A stretch of 57,010 nucleotides of DNA from Bacteroidota bacterium (GCA_043749245.1 JAYVDU010000565.1:1-57010); one strand, 5' to 3'; counted from the first letter of the stretch, positions 44,645-54,233 are shown. Numbers and translations are program-made. The notes: generated by a model not told the origin, from the sequence alone.

Positions 44645-45592
44645 CTATTTTTTAATTTCTTTTTTAAGCGCGTCTATTTCTTTTTGTTGTTGCACTATGT
44701 ATAAGGTTAACTCTTCTATTTTTTGTAATAAAATAGCATCCATTTCGGCCGTATTAATACCGTTGGTTTTTACCTCCTGTTCGCTTGGCACAGATGGTAA
44801 GTGTTTATTAGTGTTATAAAAATGTTCTACTTCTGCTAATGGCAATAGTTTGTAATTGGTATCAAATACAAAATCAGCCCATTTAGTGGGATCAACCACT
44901 ACCAGTTCTTTACAAGCCAGTTTGCCATCAAATTGAAACCCACTATTAGCATGTATGTGGGTAGCTTGTATGTGTTTCGTTCCAAAAAATATTTGTCCAT
45001 TATTTTTAACGCTCATGCGTAAAATGTTATTGGTTCTAATATTAAAATCAAAATTTTCAATAGTTCCTATCCATCGGTTGTTACTGTTTACATGATTACC
45101 ATAAGTTTGCCATGTAAAAGGAATAACAGGAGGTGTTGGGCAAGGGCTAGCGTCTAATACGTTTTCTAAATTTTTAACTTGAAATGCATCTAAAGAAACT
45201 AAATGCTGAGTGCCAGTAGGTGTTGTTTGTGTCATTAACAATTGCAAACAAGGATCAGGAGCCACAGTTAGGTTTGCAAAATTAACCGACCCAGAAATAT
45301 TTAAATTAGCAACAGAAGTAGTACCCGCAACTTTCATATTGCCGCCAACTATAGCATTACCATCAATTAAAATATCCTTTAATGCACGCATGGTGTCTTT
45401 AGCTATCACTTCGCCAGTTGCTGTTACATCCCCAATAGCAGACACACTTCCTTTGGTAGAAATATTATTTATTACATGTAAGGAATCACTTACCTTTAGG
45501 TTACCCGTAATAGTAGTTGTTGTTACTGTTTGCGCCTATGAAGCTACGCTCATGGCTAAGCAAGCTATGGCAATGGAAAGTTGTTTTTTCAT
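44645..45592 (-). pseudogene. Secreted protein with tail-fibre/endosialidase-chaperone-like C-terminus, interrupted by in-frame TAG at codon 19
   Basis: MKKQLSIAIACLAMSVAS*AQTVTTTTITGNLKV... has its stop at 45536-45538, in frame with the 266-aa ORF. C-terminus is WADFVFDTNYKLLPLAEVEHFYNTNKHLPSVPS...LLQKIEELTLYIVQQQKEIDALKKE. Confidence 0.65.
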
Positions 45593-45780
45593 AAATAAAT
45601 GTTTAATAATTATTTTGTTCCAAGATTTCTAAAAAATTCGTCGATAGCCAAACAAAAAACCATGTTTCGTACACCCTATATGGTTGTAAAATGAAAAAAA
45701 GTAAGAATAAATGAAGAATGTTGAACTTTTATTCTTTTTATAATGTGTTATACCATAAATTAGTGTGCAAAATATATTGT

Positions 45781-46176
45781 ATGGAAAATTATGTAAATGT
45801 TCAATTAGGGCAAAATTTAAAAAATTTGCGTGAAAAAAATAACGTGAAGCAAATAGAAGCCGCAGTATTATTTGGGGTTACACAACAAAATTACAGTAAA
45901 ATAGAATGCGGAAAAGTAAATTTTTCAGATAAGATTTTAAATACTATTTGTAGCTCTTTTAATGTTACTCCAAATGACTTTTTAAATTATCAAAATATCA
46001 TTTCCTCGATAAAAACAGCAGAAAACAAAGATATTGATAAAGCATTAATTGACCAGCTAAAATGGCGGATAAAGATGCAAAATTTAAGGATAGCAGATTT
46101 AGAAATTGAAGTAAGGCAATACAGAAGAAATTTTATTGTTGGTGATGACGGCCCACCAATTTATGTGATGATATAA
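45781..46176 (+). CDS. XRE-family HTH regulator with C-terminal coiled coil
   Basis: LGQNLKNLREKNNVKQIEAAVLFGVTQQNYSKIECGK. Start moved to MENYVN at 45781. Confidence 0.8.
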   Translation: MENYVNVQLGQNLKNLREKNNVKQIEAAVLFGVTQQNYSKIECGKVNFSDKILNTICSSFNVTPNDFLNYQNIISSIKTAENKDIDKALIDQLKWRIKMQNLRIADLEIEVRQYRRNFIVGDDGPPIYVMI

Positions 46177-46611
46177 TCATGGTTTTATATCATTATCTAA
46201 ATCATCTATGATTTTTTTTCTCTTAATTTTCCAAATATAAGATTCGTAACCTAATTTTATGGCATCGTTCAATTCTTCTTCATTCCAAGGTTTTTCCATC
46301 GACCTAAAAACATAGCCTTTCTTAATAGCCTCTTTAATTTCTATAGTTTCGTTAAAGGCTGTCATAATAATTCGAGTTTGCTCAGGATATTTTTTTACAG
46401 ATTCAGCCAATAATTCTGTTCCTAGTTTTGTGGGCATTCGTTGGTCTGTAATTAAAACATGAATATCCTTCACATTATCTAATATTGCTTCTGCTTCTTT
46501 AGCCGAAATAGCGGTAAACACAGTATAAAACCTTCTAAAATAAGAAGTAAAGCCTGTTAAATTTCCTATCTCATCATCAACATAGAGAATATTTATATTT
46601 TGTTTTTCCAT
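46177..46611 (-). CDS. Stand-alone response-regulator receiver domain protein
   Basis: ILYVDDE, phospho-acceptor context VLITDQRMP, conserved Lys in MEKPW. Start moved to MEKQNIN at 46611. Confidence 0.8.
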   Translation of the reverse strand: MEKQNINILYVDDEIGNLTGFTSYFRRFYTVFTAISAKEAEAILDNVKDIHVLITDQRMPTKLGTELLAESVKKYPEQTRIIMTAFNETIEIKEAIKKGYVFRSMEKPWNEEELNDAIKLGYESYIWKIKRKKIIDDLDNDIKP

Positions 46612-46677
46612 AAATTTAAGAAAGTTAAAAAAGAATAAAAATAGAGTTTTATTTCGGCTCTTCGACAAAAACAGTGG

Positions 46678-46693
46678 TACCGATATATCGGTA
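46678..46693. promoter_or_regulatory. Perfect 16-bp palindrome upstream of the receiver gene (operator candidate)
   Basis: taccgatatatcggta is self-complementary and lies ~70 nt upstream of the likely start at 46611. Confidence 0.3.
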
Positions 46694-47015
46694 TTATTTT
46701 TTTATTATCTTTTGCTTGACCAAAAGATACAAAAGTCAAGGCGTAAAGCCATATCCATTTTTTCTTCGCTCAAAAAGCCTTCGTAGCACCGCCAGAAAAA
46801 TATGTATATCGCTCCTTTTATTCATGTTTATTTATTTTACCTTTCGGGATAAATGAGTGCTTCGCAATTCGCCAAAACCTACCGCACACTTACCAACGTA
46901 TAAGTTAGTTTATTTAACTCAATTCCACTGAAAATATCGAAGAACCTTTATTTCTCACCTTACTAATCAAAATAGTTTAAATTTTAGAATCTTATGCTTT
47001 TATTAATAAAATACG

Positions 47016-47420
47016 CTAAATAGCTAAAGGTTTTTCAATAAATCTTATATTTCTTTGCTCTGCTTTTTCTTTATGTAAAGGGTCAAGTGAAGCCGAAAGC
47101 AAACATATATCGCCATGTTTTTTATGTAAATCTAATGAACGGAACATATCTATAAATTCAAAGCCGTCTTTTATAGGTAAATAAATCTCTACGAAAATAA
47201 GTTCGTATTTGATGTCTGTTTCTTTGAGATAAACTAAAGCCTTATCAGCAAATCTGAAAGACATAACATTTGTAGCACCGTGAATTTCTAAAAGTTTGTG
47301 GTTTACAAAATTGTCGATGTGATTATTATCAACGAAAATAACTGATTTAATTTCATCAGAAAAATTAAATAATCCGTTTAGTTTTCCCCAATTACTTGAA
47401 GGAGTTAAGTTTGTTTTCAT
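47016..47420 (-). CDS. Atypical (pseudo-)receiver domain protein
   Basis: Receiver-like layout, but the acidic pocket reads VIFVDNNH and the acceptor position reads LIFVEIYLPIKDGFEF (Glu instead of Asp). Conserved Lys in IEKPL. Confidence 0.55.
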   Translation of the reverse strand: MKTNLTPSSNWGKLNGLFNFSDEIKSVIFVDNNHIDNFVNHKLLEIHGATNVMSFRFADKALVYLKETDIKYELIFVEIYLPIKDGFEFIDMFRSLDLHKKHGDICLLSASLDPLHKEKAEQRNIRFIEKPLAI

Positions 47421-47922
47421 GTTTTTACCATTAAACTCCCTTAAAATAGGGAGCATGTTACCGACTAATTCTACTCAAAGGGGCTCTGGTAAGCCTAACC
47501 GAATAGAAAATAGAAAGAATAACACGCCCGTGCCGTGTTGCTCAAACTGTTTTTTTGTCGACTTAAAAATTTACCAGATTCCTTAGACAAAAAAATATTG
47601 CACAACGCAATTTTTATAATTTATAGTACAACGGTATAACAAAAATGTATTGGATTAATGAAAATGAGATGATTTTTTTTGAGTATAAAACAGGTGCACA
47701 AAAACTCCTCGATAAGAACACATTGTTTATCGAAGATATCACATGACTCCCTGACCAATCCACAAATAATTTTTTATTGACATGATATCAATTCTATTAT
47801 TTTGTGAAATCAAAATAAAGTAATCTCAATCAAACTGAATATAAAATAATAAAAAGTGAGTGGTGTTAAAATCATCACGTACTAATTTTGTATACAATTT
47901 AAGCAAAAAACTTTTTTAAATA

Positions 47923-48174
47923 ATGGAAATGATTAGATTAGAATATAACGAATATCAAGGGGGCTTCCATTTTAACTCTGGTTTACGAGAGCCCAATACA
48001 TTAGGTTGGATTACAATTTGCAGTAGCCTTTCTCGTAAACAATGTGTAGAGTTTACAGATTTAATATTAGAAAAATATCCTGCAATCAACTTTGAAAATA
48101 AAAGTAAAAATTCCGTTGATTATCCAAACCTAAAATTAATAAAACAAGAGTTTGTTGATTTTCTATTGACATAA
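47923..48174 (+). CDS. Small hypothetical protein
   Basis: 83-aa ORF preceded by a TAATTTTG (-7-like) element at 47883-47890. Confidence 0.45.
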   Translation: MEMIRLEYNEYQGGFHFNSGLREPNTLGWITICSSLSRKQCVEFTDLILEKYPAINFENKSKNSVDYPNLKLIKQEFVDFLLT

Positions 48175-48284
48175 GATAAGAAATGTTACACAAACAAAAG
48201 TAAATCAACAAAAAGTAAAAAAAAAGTGGGTGATACTTACATCTAAATTAAATAATTTTAGTTTATAATTTAAGCAATAAGCAA

Positions 48285-48623
48285 ATGGAAGGTTTATCAA
48301 TTATAGAGGGTCAAACACTTAGGAGGTGGGAACAAAGATTATTGAATATAGAGCAAAATCAATTAGCTATTATGAAACTAATACAGTTTTTAATGCCACC
48401 TCTCACTCAAAGTCATATTCCTGATTTTATTTCAATTGCTGATGCCAGTAAAAAATACCATGTTAGTAGAGTAACAATCAACAATAAAGTTAAGTTATTT
48501 GAAAAAATGAATGATAGAGAAATAGATAGATTACAATCAGGGAAATATTATTTAATAAATGAAGCAGAGTTGCAAAATGCACTCAGACTAAAATCTTTAA
48601 TTCAACATAAATTTAACACATAG
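48285..48623 (+). CDS. HTH protein, excisionase/MerR-like (Xis candidate)
   Basis: ISIADASKKYHVSRVTINNKVKLF is an HTH_17-like motif. It lies next to attR at the opposite end of the island from the integrase. Confidence 0.55.
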   Translation: MEGLSIIEGQTLRRWEQRLLNIEQNQLAIMKLIQFLMPPLTQSHIPDFISIADASKKYHVSRVTINNKVKLFEKMNDREIDRLQSGKYYLINEAELQNALRLKSLIQHKFNT

Positions 48624-48650
48624 ATTTAATTTATTTATAGGATAATGTTT

Positions 48651-48689
48651 AAAAAGTCAAGCAGGTTTTGCTTGACTTTTTGATTTTTT
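48651..48689 (+). terminator. Intrinsic terminator after the Xis-like gene
   Basis: aaaagtcaagc / aggtttt / gcttgactttt, followed by a T-run. Confidence 0.55.
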
Positions 48690-48780
48690 AATTACCATGT
48701 AGAGTTACTAATATAAAAGTTATTAACAGCAAAAATTGCTAAGTCTAATTTCTGACCCCCAACTTGCCCCCGAAAATAAA

Positions 48781-48805
48781 AAACCCCTGTATTTACAGGG
48801 GTTTT
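48781..48805 (-). terminator. Island-borne hairpin just downstream of the tRNA-Ala 3' end
   Basis: aaacccctgta-ttt-acaggggtttt, with a GC core stem and a T-run on the minus strand. Confidence 0.5.
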
Positions 48806-48816
48806 CATCTATTTAA

Positions 48817-48832
48817 TGTGGAGAATACCGGA
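48817..48832. repeat. attR: 16-bp direct repeat inside the tRNA-Ala 3' end
   Basis: Identical to 270-285. Confidence 0.75.
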
Positions 48833-48892
48833 TTCGAACCGGTCACCTCTTCACTGCCAGCGAAGCGCTCTAGCCAAATGAGCTAATCCCCC
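48819..48892 (-). tRNA. tRNA-Ala (anticodon GGC)
   Basis: Manual fold of GGGGGATTAGCTCATTTGGCTAGAGCGCTTCGCTGGCAGTGAAGAGGTCACCGGTTCGAATCCGGTATTCTCCA. Anticodon loop is CTGGCAG. The G3:U70 Ala identity pair is present. T-loop is TTCGAAT. CCA is not encoded. Confidence 0.9.
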
Positions 48893-48975
48893 TTTTTTGA
48901 AATTCAAAATGTGAAATTAAAAATTTTAAATGATTACTAAAAATTTAAAATCTAACATTTATAATTTAAAATTAT

Positions 48976-51855
48976 TTAAAGTTTCGCTTTAATCTCAACC
49001 ATATCATATCCTTCAATAATATCATCAACTTTAATATCATTAAAGCCATCAATATTTAATCCACACTCATAACCCGTAGTTACTTCTTTAACATCGTCTT
49101 TAAAGCGTTTTAAAGAACCTAAGCCACCAGTATGAATTACAATACCATCACGGATTATACGTATTTTAGTATTACGCATGACTTTGCCATCTAATACATA
49201 ACATCCTGCAATTGTACCAACTTTAGTAATGTTAAATACTTCTCTAATGATAATGTTACATACAATTTTTTCTTCAAATTCGGGAGCCAACATACCTTCC
49301 ATCGCCGCCTTAATTTCATTGATAGCATCGTAAATAATAGAATATAAACGAATATCAATTTCTTCGGTTTCTGCTAATTTACGAGCCGTTACAGAAGGAC
49401 GAACTTGGAAGCCAACAATAATAGCGTTAGAAGCACTAGCCAACATAACATCTGTTTCGCTGATAGCACCAACCGATTTATGAATAATATTTACTTGTAT
49501 TTTTTCAGTAGATAATTTTAATAACGAGTCAGATAAGGCTTCAATAGAACCATCCACATCACCTTTTACAATTAAGTTTAATTCTTTGAAATCGCCTATT
49601 GCTAAACGTCTTCCAATTTCATCTAATGTAATATGTTTTTGTGTACGAATTCCTTGCTCACGTTGCAACTGTAAGCGTTTATTAGCTAATTCACGAGCTT
49701 CGCGTTCATCAGACATCACATTAAATTTATCACCTGCTGTAGGAGCTCCATTTAAGCCAAGTAATTGAACCGGCATAGATGGGCCTGCTTCTTTTACATT
49801 AATACCATGTTCGTTGGTCATGGCCTTAACTCTACCACTATAACAACCTGCTACAACAATATCACCAACACGCATCGTACCTTTTTGAACGATGATATCA
49901 ACTACGTGACCACGTCCTTTATCTAATTTTGCTTCAATAACCGAACCTGATGCACGAGCTTTTGGGTTTGCTTTTAAATCTAATAACTCAGCTTCCAAAA
50001 CAACTTTTTCTAACAACAATTCAATGTTTTTACCCATTTTTGCTGATATCTCCTGACATTGTACTTTTCCACCCCATTCTTCAACTAAGATATTCATAGC
50101 TGATAAAGCTTCACGTATTTTATCAGGATTAGCGCCTGGTTTATCAATTTTATTAATCGCAATAATCATTGGTACACCTGCTGCTTGCGCGTGATTAATG
50201 GCTTCTTTCGTTTGAGGCATGACGCTATCGTCCGCTGCTACTACAATAATAACAACGTCGGTTACTTTAGCACCACGGGCACGCATTGCGGTAAACGCCT
50301 CGTGGCCTGGAGTATCTAAAAAGGTAACCGATTTACCACTTTCCATTTTCACATTATAACTTCCAATATGTTGTGTAATTCCACCTGCTTCTCCAGCTAA
50401 CACATTTGATTTACGGATGTAATCCAATAAAGACGTTTTACCATGATCTACGTGTCCCATAATGGTAACAATTGGTGGGCGTTCTATTAAATCCTCTGGA
50501 TTTTCAGCTTCTTGTTCATCAATTGCTTCTTGAACTTCAACACTTACAAATTCTGTTTTAAATCCAAACTCTTCCGCTACAATTGCTAGTGTTTCTGCAT
50601 CTAATCGTTGATTGATTGATACAAATAAACCTAAGCTCATACATGTAGAAATAATTTGAGTTACCGAAACATTCATCATTTGTGCTAATTGATTAGCTGA
50701 CACGAATTCTGTTACTTGTAATGTTTTCTTTTCTAAATCTGTTTGCTCTTGTGCTTCAACCATTTTATCCCTTACATCATCACGTTTATCACGACGATAT
50801 TTAGATGTTTTGGATTTAGAACCTTTATTACTTAAGCGAGCAAGCGTTTCTTTAATTTGTATTTGTATTTCTTCGTCCGTTAAAGCTGGTCTGGCTTCAC
50901 GAGGAGTATTTAAAGGCTTTCTAGCTCTTGGATCACCATATTTTTCTTTGGCTTTATCCTTAGCTATTTGAGCTTGTTCAGTACCTACTTTTTTAATTTC
51001 TTCAGGACTTAAAACGCCTTTACGAATACGCTTACGTTTTTTCTTATCAGCTAATGATCCACCAGCCGGAGCACCAGATCCTTTTTTGACTTCTTTAATT
51101 ACAGGTAATTCTATTTTACCCATAATTTTTGGCCCTTCTAATTTTTGATAAACCGTTTCGTGAAATACTTCTTTCGGTTCTTCAATGATTGCGGGCTCAA
51201 CGATAGCTAGAGTTTCTGCAACAGGCACAGCAATTACTTCTTCAACTACCTCTTCTTTTTTCTTTTTACCTTTAAGGGCTTTTGCTTCCTTTTCAGCTAT
51301 TTCTTCAGCTTTTTTCTCGTCTTCTTTTTCCTTCTTTGTTTTTTTATCAGGTTTAGTTTTCTGATTTAAAGTACTTAAATCAACTTTACCTAATACTTTA
51401 GGCCCAGTTATGGTGTTATTTACTTCTTTAACTTCTTCAATAATTTCAGGTGTTGCAGCAACTTCTGCAGCTTTCTTCGAAGCAGCAATCGCAGCTTCTT
51501 TTTTCTTTTCCTCTGCAATTTTTAAGTCCTCAGCAGCTTTAGCCGAAGCCATGGCAGCGTCTTTCAAGCGTTGCTCTTCAGCTTCACGCGCTTTAATTGT
51601 TTTAATATCTTCAACAATAAAAGTTTCGCGTTTTATTTTAGTTAAGTTTAAGCCAACATGTTGAGCTTCTTCTTTAGCAGATTTATCTCCAGAAAACTCC
51701 TTTGATAATAAAGTATATTCTTCATCACCAATTTTAGCATTCGGATTATTTTCTACTGGGCGCCCCTTAGCAGCAAGGAATTCAGCAATTTTACCCAACG
51801 ATAAGTTGAATTCTTTTGCTACTTTGCTTAATCGCATTTGTTTTACGTCTGACAT
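48976..51855 (-). CDS. infB: Translation initiation factor IF-2
   Basis: GTPase motifs [25 protein letters not shown]. 959 aa. Downstream of nusA. Confidence 0.97.
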   Translation of the reverse strand: MSDVKQMRLSKVAKEFNLSLGKIAEFLAAKGRPVENNPNAKIGDEEYTLLSKEFSGDKSAKEEAQHVGLNLTKIKRETFIVEDIKTIKAREAEEQRLKDAAMASAKAAEDLKIAEEKKKEAAIAASKKAAEVAATPEIIEEVKEVNNTITGPKVLGKVDLSTLNQKTKPDKKTKKEKEDEKKAEEIAEKEAKALKGKKKKEEVVEEVIAVPVAETLAIVEPAIIEEPKEVFHETVYQKLEGPKIMGKIELPVIKEVKKGSGAPAGGSLADKKKRKRIRKGVLSPEEIKKVGTEQAQIAKDKAKEKYGDPRARKPLNTPREARPALTDEEIQIQIKETLARLSNKGSKSKTSKYRRDKRDDVRDKMVEAQEQTDLEKKTLQVTEFVSANQLAQMMNVSVTQIISTCMSLGLFVSINQRLDAETLAIVAEEFGFKTEFVSVEVQEAIDEQEAENPEDLIERPPIVTIMGHVDHGKTSLLDYIRKSNVLAGEAGGITQHIGSYNVKMESGKSVTFLDTPGHEAFTAMRARGAKVTDVVIIVVAADDSVMPQTKEAINHAQAAGVPMIIAINKIDKPGANPDKIREALSAMNILVEEWGGKVQCQEISAKMGKNIELLLEKVVLEAELLDLKANPKARASGSVIEAKLDKGRGHVVDIIVQKGTMRVGDIVVAGCYSGRVKAMTNEHGINVKEAGPSMPVQLLGLNGAPTAGDKFNVMSDEREARELANKRLQLQREQGIRTQKHITLDEIGRRLAIGDFKELNLIVKGDVDGSIEALSDSLLKLSTEKIQVNIIHKSVGAISETDVMLASASNAIIVGFQVRPSVTARKLAETEEIDIRLYSIIYDAINEIKAAMEGMLAPEFEEKIVCNIIIREVFNITKVGTIAGCYVLDGKVMRNTKIRIIRDGIVIHTGGLGSLKRFKDDVKEVTTGYECGLNIDGFNDIKVDDIIEGYDMVEIKAKL

Positions 51856-51975
51856 ATTTTTTAGTTTCCTTGTCTTTTTTTTAGCGTTTAAATAAATTCA
51901 AACACAGTAATAATAGTTCAAATATGCCTTTTTATCTTTGTAAAAGAAGGCTAACTTTTTATGCTTAACAATTTA

Positions 51976-53238
51976 TTAATCCTCAAATTCAGATTGTAAT
52001 ACTTGTTTCACTTCATTAATCGCTTCTTCTGTCAAGCCCGTACGACGAGACAATTCAGTAACATCTAATTCTAATACAGATTTAGCTGTATCACAGCCAA
52101 TGGCTTGTAACGCTTGAATAACAGAGGCTTCAATTTCATCAGAAAATTCTATCAAGTCAACGTCATCAATGTCAGTAGCAGCTTCATCACTATCACGGAA
52201 TACATCTATTTCGTAACCAGTTAATTTTCCTGCTAATTTGATGTTGAAACCACCTTTTCCGATAGCTAATGAAATTTGATCAGGTCTCAAAAATACTTCA
52301 GCACGTTTGGTGTCTTCATTCAGTTTAACTGAAGTTACTTTAGCCGGACTTAAAGCACGTTGAATTAATAATTCAGAATTAGAGGTGTAGTTAATTACAT
52401 CTATATTTTCGTTTTTCAATTCACGAACAATACCGTGGATACGAGAACCCTTCATACCAACACAAGCTCCAACCGGATCAATACGGTCATCATAAGATTC
52501 TACAGCCACTTTAGCTCTTTCTCCTGGTTCACGTACAATTTTTTTAATAGTAATTAAACCGTCAAATACTTCAGGAACTTCCATTTCAAATAAACGCTCC
52601 AAAAATGTTGGTGCTGTGCGAGACATGATAATGGAAGGCGTTCCGTTTTTTAATTCTACTTTATAAACAACCGCTTTTACACTGTCGCCTTTTTTGAAAA
52701 AATCAGAAGGGATTTGCTCCGTTTTTGGTAACAATAATTCATTGCCTTCATCATCCAACAACATAATTTCTTTTTTCCAAACCTGATATACCTCTGCATT
52801 GATAATATCTCCGATACGCTCTTTGTATTTGTTATAAATACCTGCTTTTTCTAATTCAAGAATTTTTTGAACTAAATTTTGACGAACCGATAATACATTA
52901 CGACGGCCAATCTCATCTAATTTCACTAATTCAGTAACCTCTTCACCGATTTCAAAATCAGGCTCAATTTTATGAGCATCCGTTAAACTAATGTGTTTGT
53001 TCTCATCAAAATCAAATGAATCTTCAGCAAACTCATCGTCAACAATCGTTCTGTTTTTATAAATTTCTATATCTCCTTTATCAGGGTTTACGATAATATC
53101 AAAATTTTTATCCGAACCATATTTTTTGATTAACATCGTACGAAATACATCTTCAATAATGCTCATTAACGTTGCTCTATCGATGTTTTTGTCTTCTTTG
53201 AATAACGAGAATGACTCAATTAAATTTACACTTTCCAT
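51976..53238 (-). CDS. nusA: Transcription termination/antitermination factor NusA
   Basis: S1 and KH-domain sequence (GACVGMKGSRIHGIVREL, AIGKGGFNIKLA). rimP-nusA-infB order. Confidence 0.97.
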   Translation of the reverse strand: MESVNLIESFSLFKEDKNIDRATLMSIIEDVFRTMLIKKYGSDKNFDIIVNPDKGDIEIYKNRTIVDDEFAEDSFDFDENKHISLTDAHKIEPDFEIGEEVTELVKLDEIGRRNVLSVRQNLVQKILELEKAGIYNKYKERIGDIINAEVYQVWKKEIMLLDDEGNELLLPKTEQIPSDFFKKGDSVKAVVYKVELKNGTPSIIMSRTAPTFLERLFEMEVPEVFDGLITIKKIVREPGERAKVAVESYDDRIDPVGACVGMKGSRIHGIVRELKNENIDVINYTSNSELLIQRALSPAKVTSVKLNEDTKRAEVFLRPDQISLAIGKGGFNIKLAGKLTGYEIDVFRDSDEAATDIDDVDLIEFSDEIEASVIQALQAIGCDTAKSVLELDVTELSRRTGLTEEAINEVKQVLQSEFED

Positions 53239-53249
53239 TGTTTTGGTTT

Positions 53250-53714
53250 TTAAAATGGTAATACTGATTTTGTTTCTTTGGTTTGTTTATATGTTAAAGT
53301 AATGTTTTCTATTACGGTGTGATTGCCTTTTCCCACTGCTTTTTTCTCTCTACGTGTTTCTTCAATCACAAATTCATTTTCATCAGCACTCACTAAAATA
53401 CCCTCGTGTTTTACGCCTTCGGTAGTTTTTATTGATACTTTAGTTCCGATATATTTTTTATACTGAGGTAATACTTTAAAACTTTCGGTAGCGCCTGGCG
53501 AAGAAACTTGTAGTTCGTAATCTTCTTTTTCTCTATCTAAGTTTTCTTCGATAAAACGACTTAATGCCACGCAATCAGCTATTAATATATGATTTGGAGC
53601 ATCAATATACGCTTCAATTTTATTACCTGCTAGTACTTTTATGTCTACAATAAATTTATCTGTGCCTTCAAAATGGCTTTCAATTAAATCTATAATCGTT
53701 TGTTTCTTAATCAT
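53250..53714 (-). CDS. rimP: Ribosome maturation factor RimP
   Basis: 154 aa, immediately upstream of nusA. YELQVSSPG motif. Confidence 0.9.
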   Translation of the reverse strand: MIKKQTIIDLIESHFEGTDKFIVDIKVLAGNKIEAYIDAPNHILIADCVALSRFIEENLDREKEDYELQVSSPGATESFKVLPQYKKYIGTKVSIKTTEGVKHEGILVSADENEFVIEETRREKKAVGKGNHTVIENITLTYKQTKETKSVLPF

Positions 53715-53831
53715 AATTTAGTAAAATAAAAAAGGGACTTATTCGGCCCCTTCAATTTTCTATTTGCGACGACAAATGTAAGCCTTTTATTTAGAAATAC
53801 AAATTAAATTTAACGTAACTTACTTTTTTAT

Positions 53832-54233
53832 ATGCCGTTTAATCCAATAAGTAGTCCCTGTAAAGTAAGTTTAATCGCTTTGAAATCTTATCGTAGCTTA
53901 ATTAAAGATGGACAAAGCATAATATTTGTCGCTATTAAAACTACAAAAAAAACAATCAGAAGAGGAAATTTAACAGGATTAAGTTTCTTTTTAGCAAGTT
54001 CTCTTTTAAATCAGGTAAAAGCAGGTAACAGTGTTGTTGATGCGTTTAAAAAATCAGTTGAAGGAGATGGAATCATTAGTGTTTACATTATCGGTGGTAT
54101 TTTAGGCTTCGGAATACTAGGTTACTTTATTGTTACCAAATTGTCTAAAAATTCAGAAAAAGAGAGCGAAACACGAAAATATACCAAAAATCGCGCCCCA
54201 AGAAATCATCATCAACATCGCGCAATAAAATAA
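53832..54233 (+). CDS. Hypothetical membrane protein (weak call)
   Basis: 133-aa ORF with one clear TM (ISVYIIGGILGFGILGYFIV) and a basic tail. No family recognised. Confidence 0.3.
   Translation: MPFNPISSPCKVSLIALKSYRSLIKDGQSIIFVAIKTTKKTIRRGNLTGLSFFLASSLLNQVKAGNSVVDAFKKSVEGDGIISVYIIGGILGFGILGYFIVTKLSKNSEKESETRKYTKNRAPRNHHQHRAIK

Larger units (their letters stand above)
270..48832. mobile_element. ~48.5-kb composite integrative genomic island in tRNA-Ala(GGC)
   Basis: Flanking 16-bp direct repeats, integrase next to the left repeat, excisionase-like HTH next to the right repeat. Accessory content lies between core genes. Confidence 0.7.

Noticed and set aside
29198-45538. Alternative genetic code (TAA/TAG reassigned) as the explanation for the in-frame stops.
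   Set aside because: Conserved housekeeping genes in the same window end at TAA at the expected protein ends (infB, nusA). Other genes end at TAG (for example 48285-48623). One of the three affected genes also has a frameshift and a truncated C-terminal domain, consistent with plain decay.
46674-46856. 60-aa plus-strand ORF in the spacer between the two receiver genes.
   Set aside because: The sequence is low-complexity (YFFIIFCLTK...). It overlaps the palindrome/hairpin region that looks regulatory and has no recognisable start context.
46661-47562. Inverted repeat tcgacaaaaacagt (about 46662-46675) versus actgtttttttgtcga (47547-47562) flanking the pseudo-receiver gene. It could be the ends of a small transposon or an invertible segment.
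   Set aside because: The match is ~14 nt, A/T-homopolymer-rich, and needs a 2-nt indel. No recombinase or transposase lies between or beside the arms, and no target-site duplication was visible.
1425-51664. Many 60-140-aa ORFs in the six-frame track lying antisense to, or out of frame within, long confident genes. Examples: 1425-1625, 3887-4090, 4754-5089, 5680-6162, 6508-7095, 8223-8423, 18139-19209, 33390-33692, 37232-38777, 42094-42386, 43410-43682, 45210-45632, 49586-49768, 51410-51664.
   Set aside because: They are fully embedded in larger ORFs with clear family motifs. Their translations are low-complexity or Cys/Phe/Leu-rich, as expected for shadow frames in AT-rich DNA. None has independent start context.
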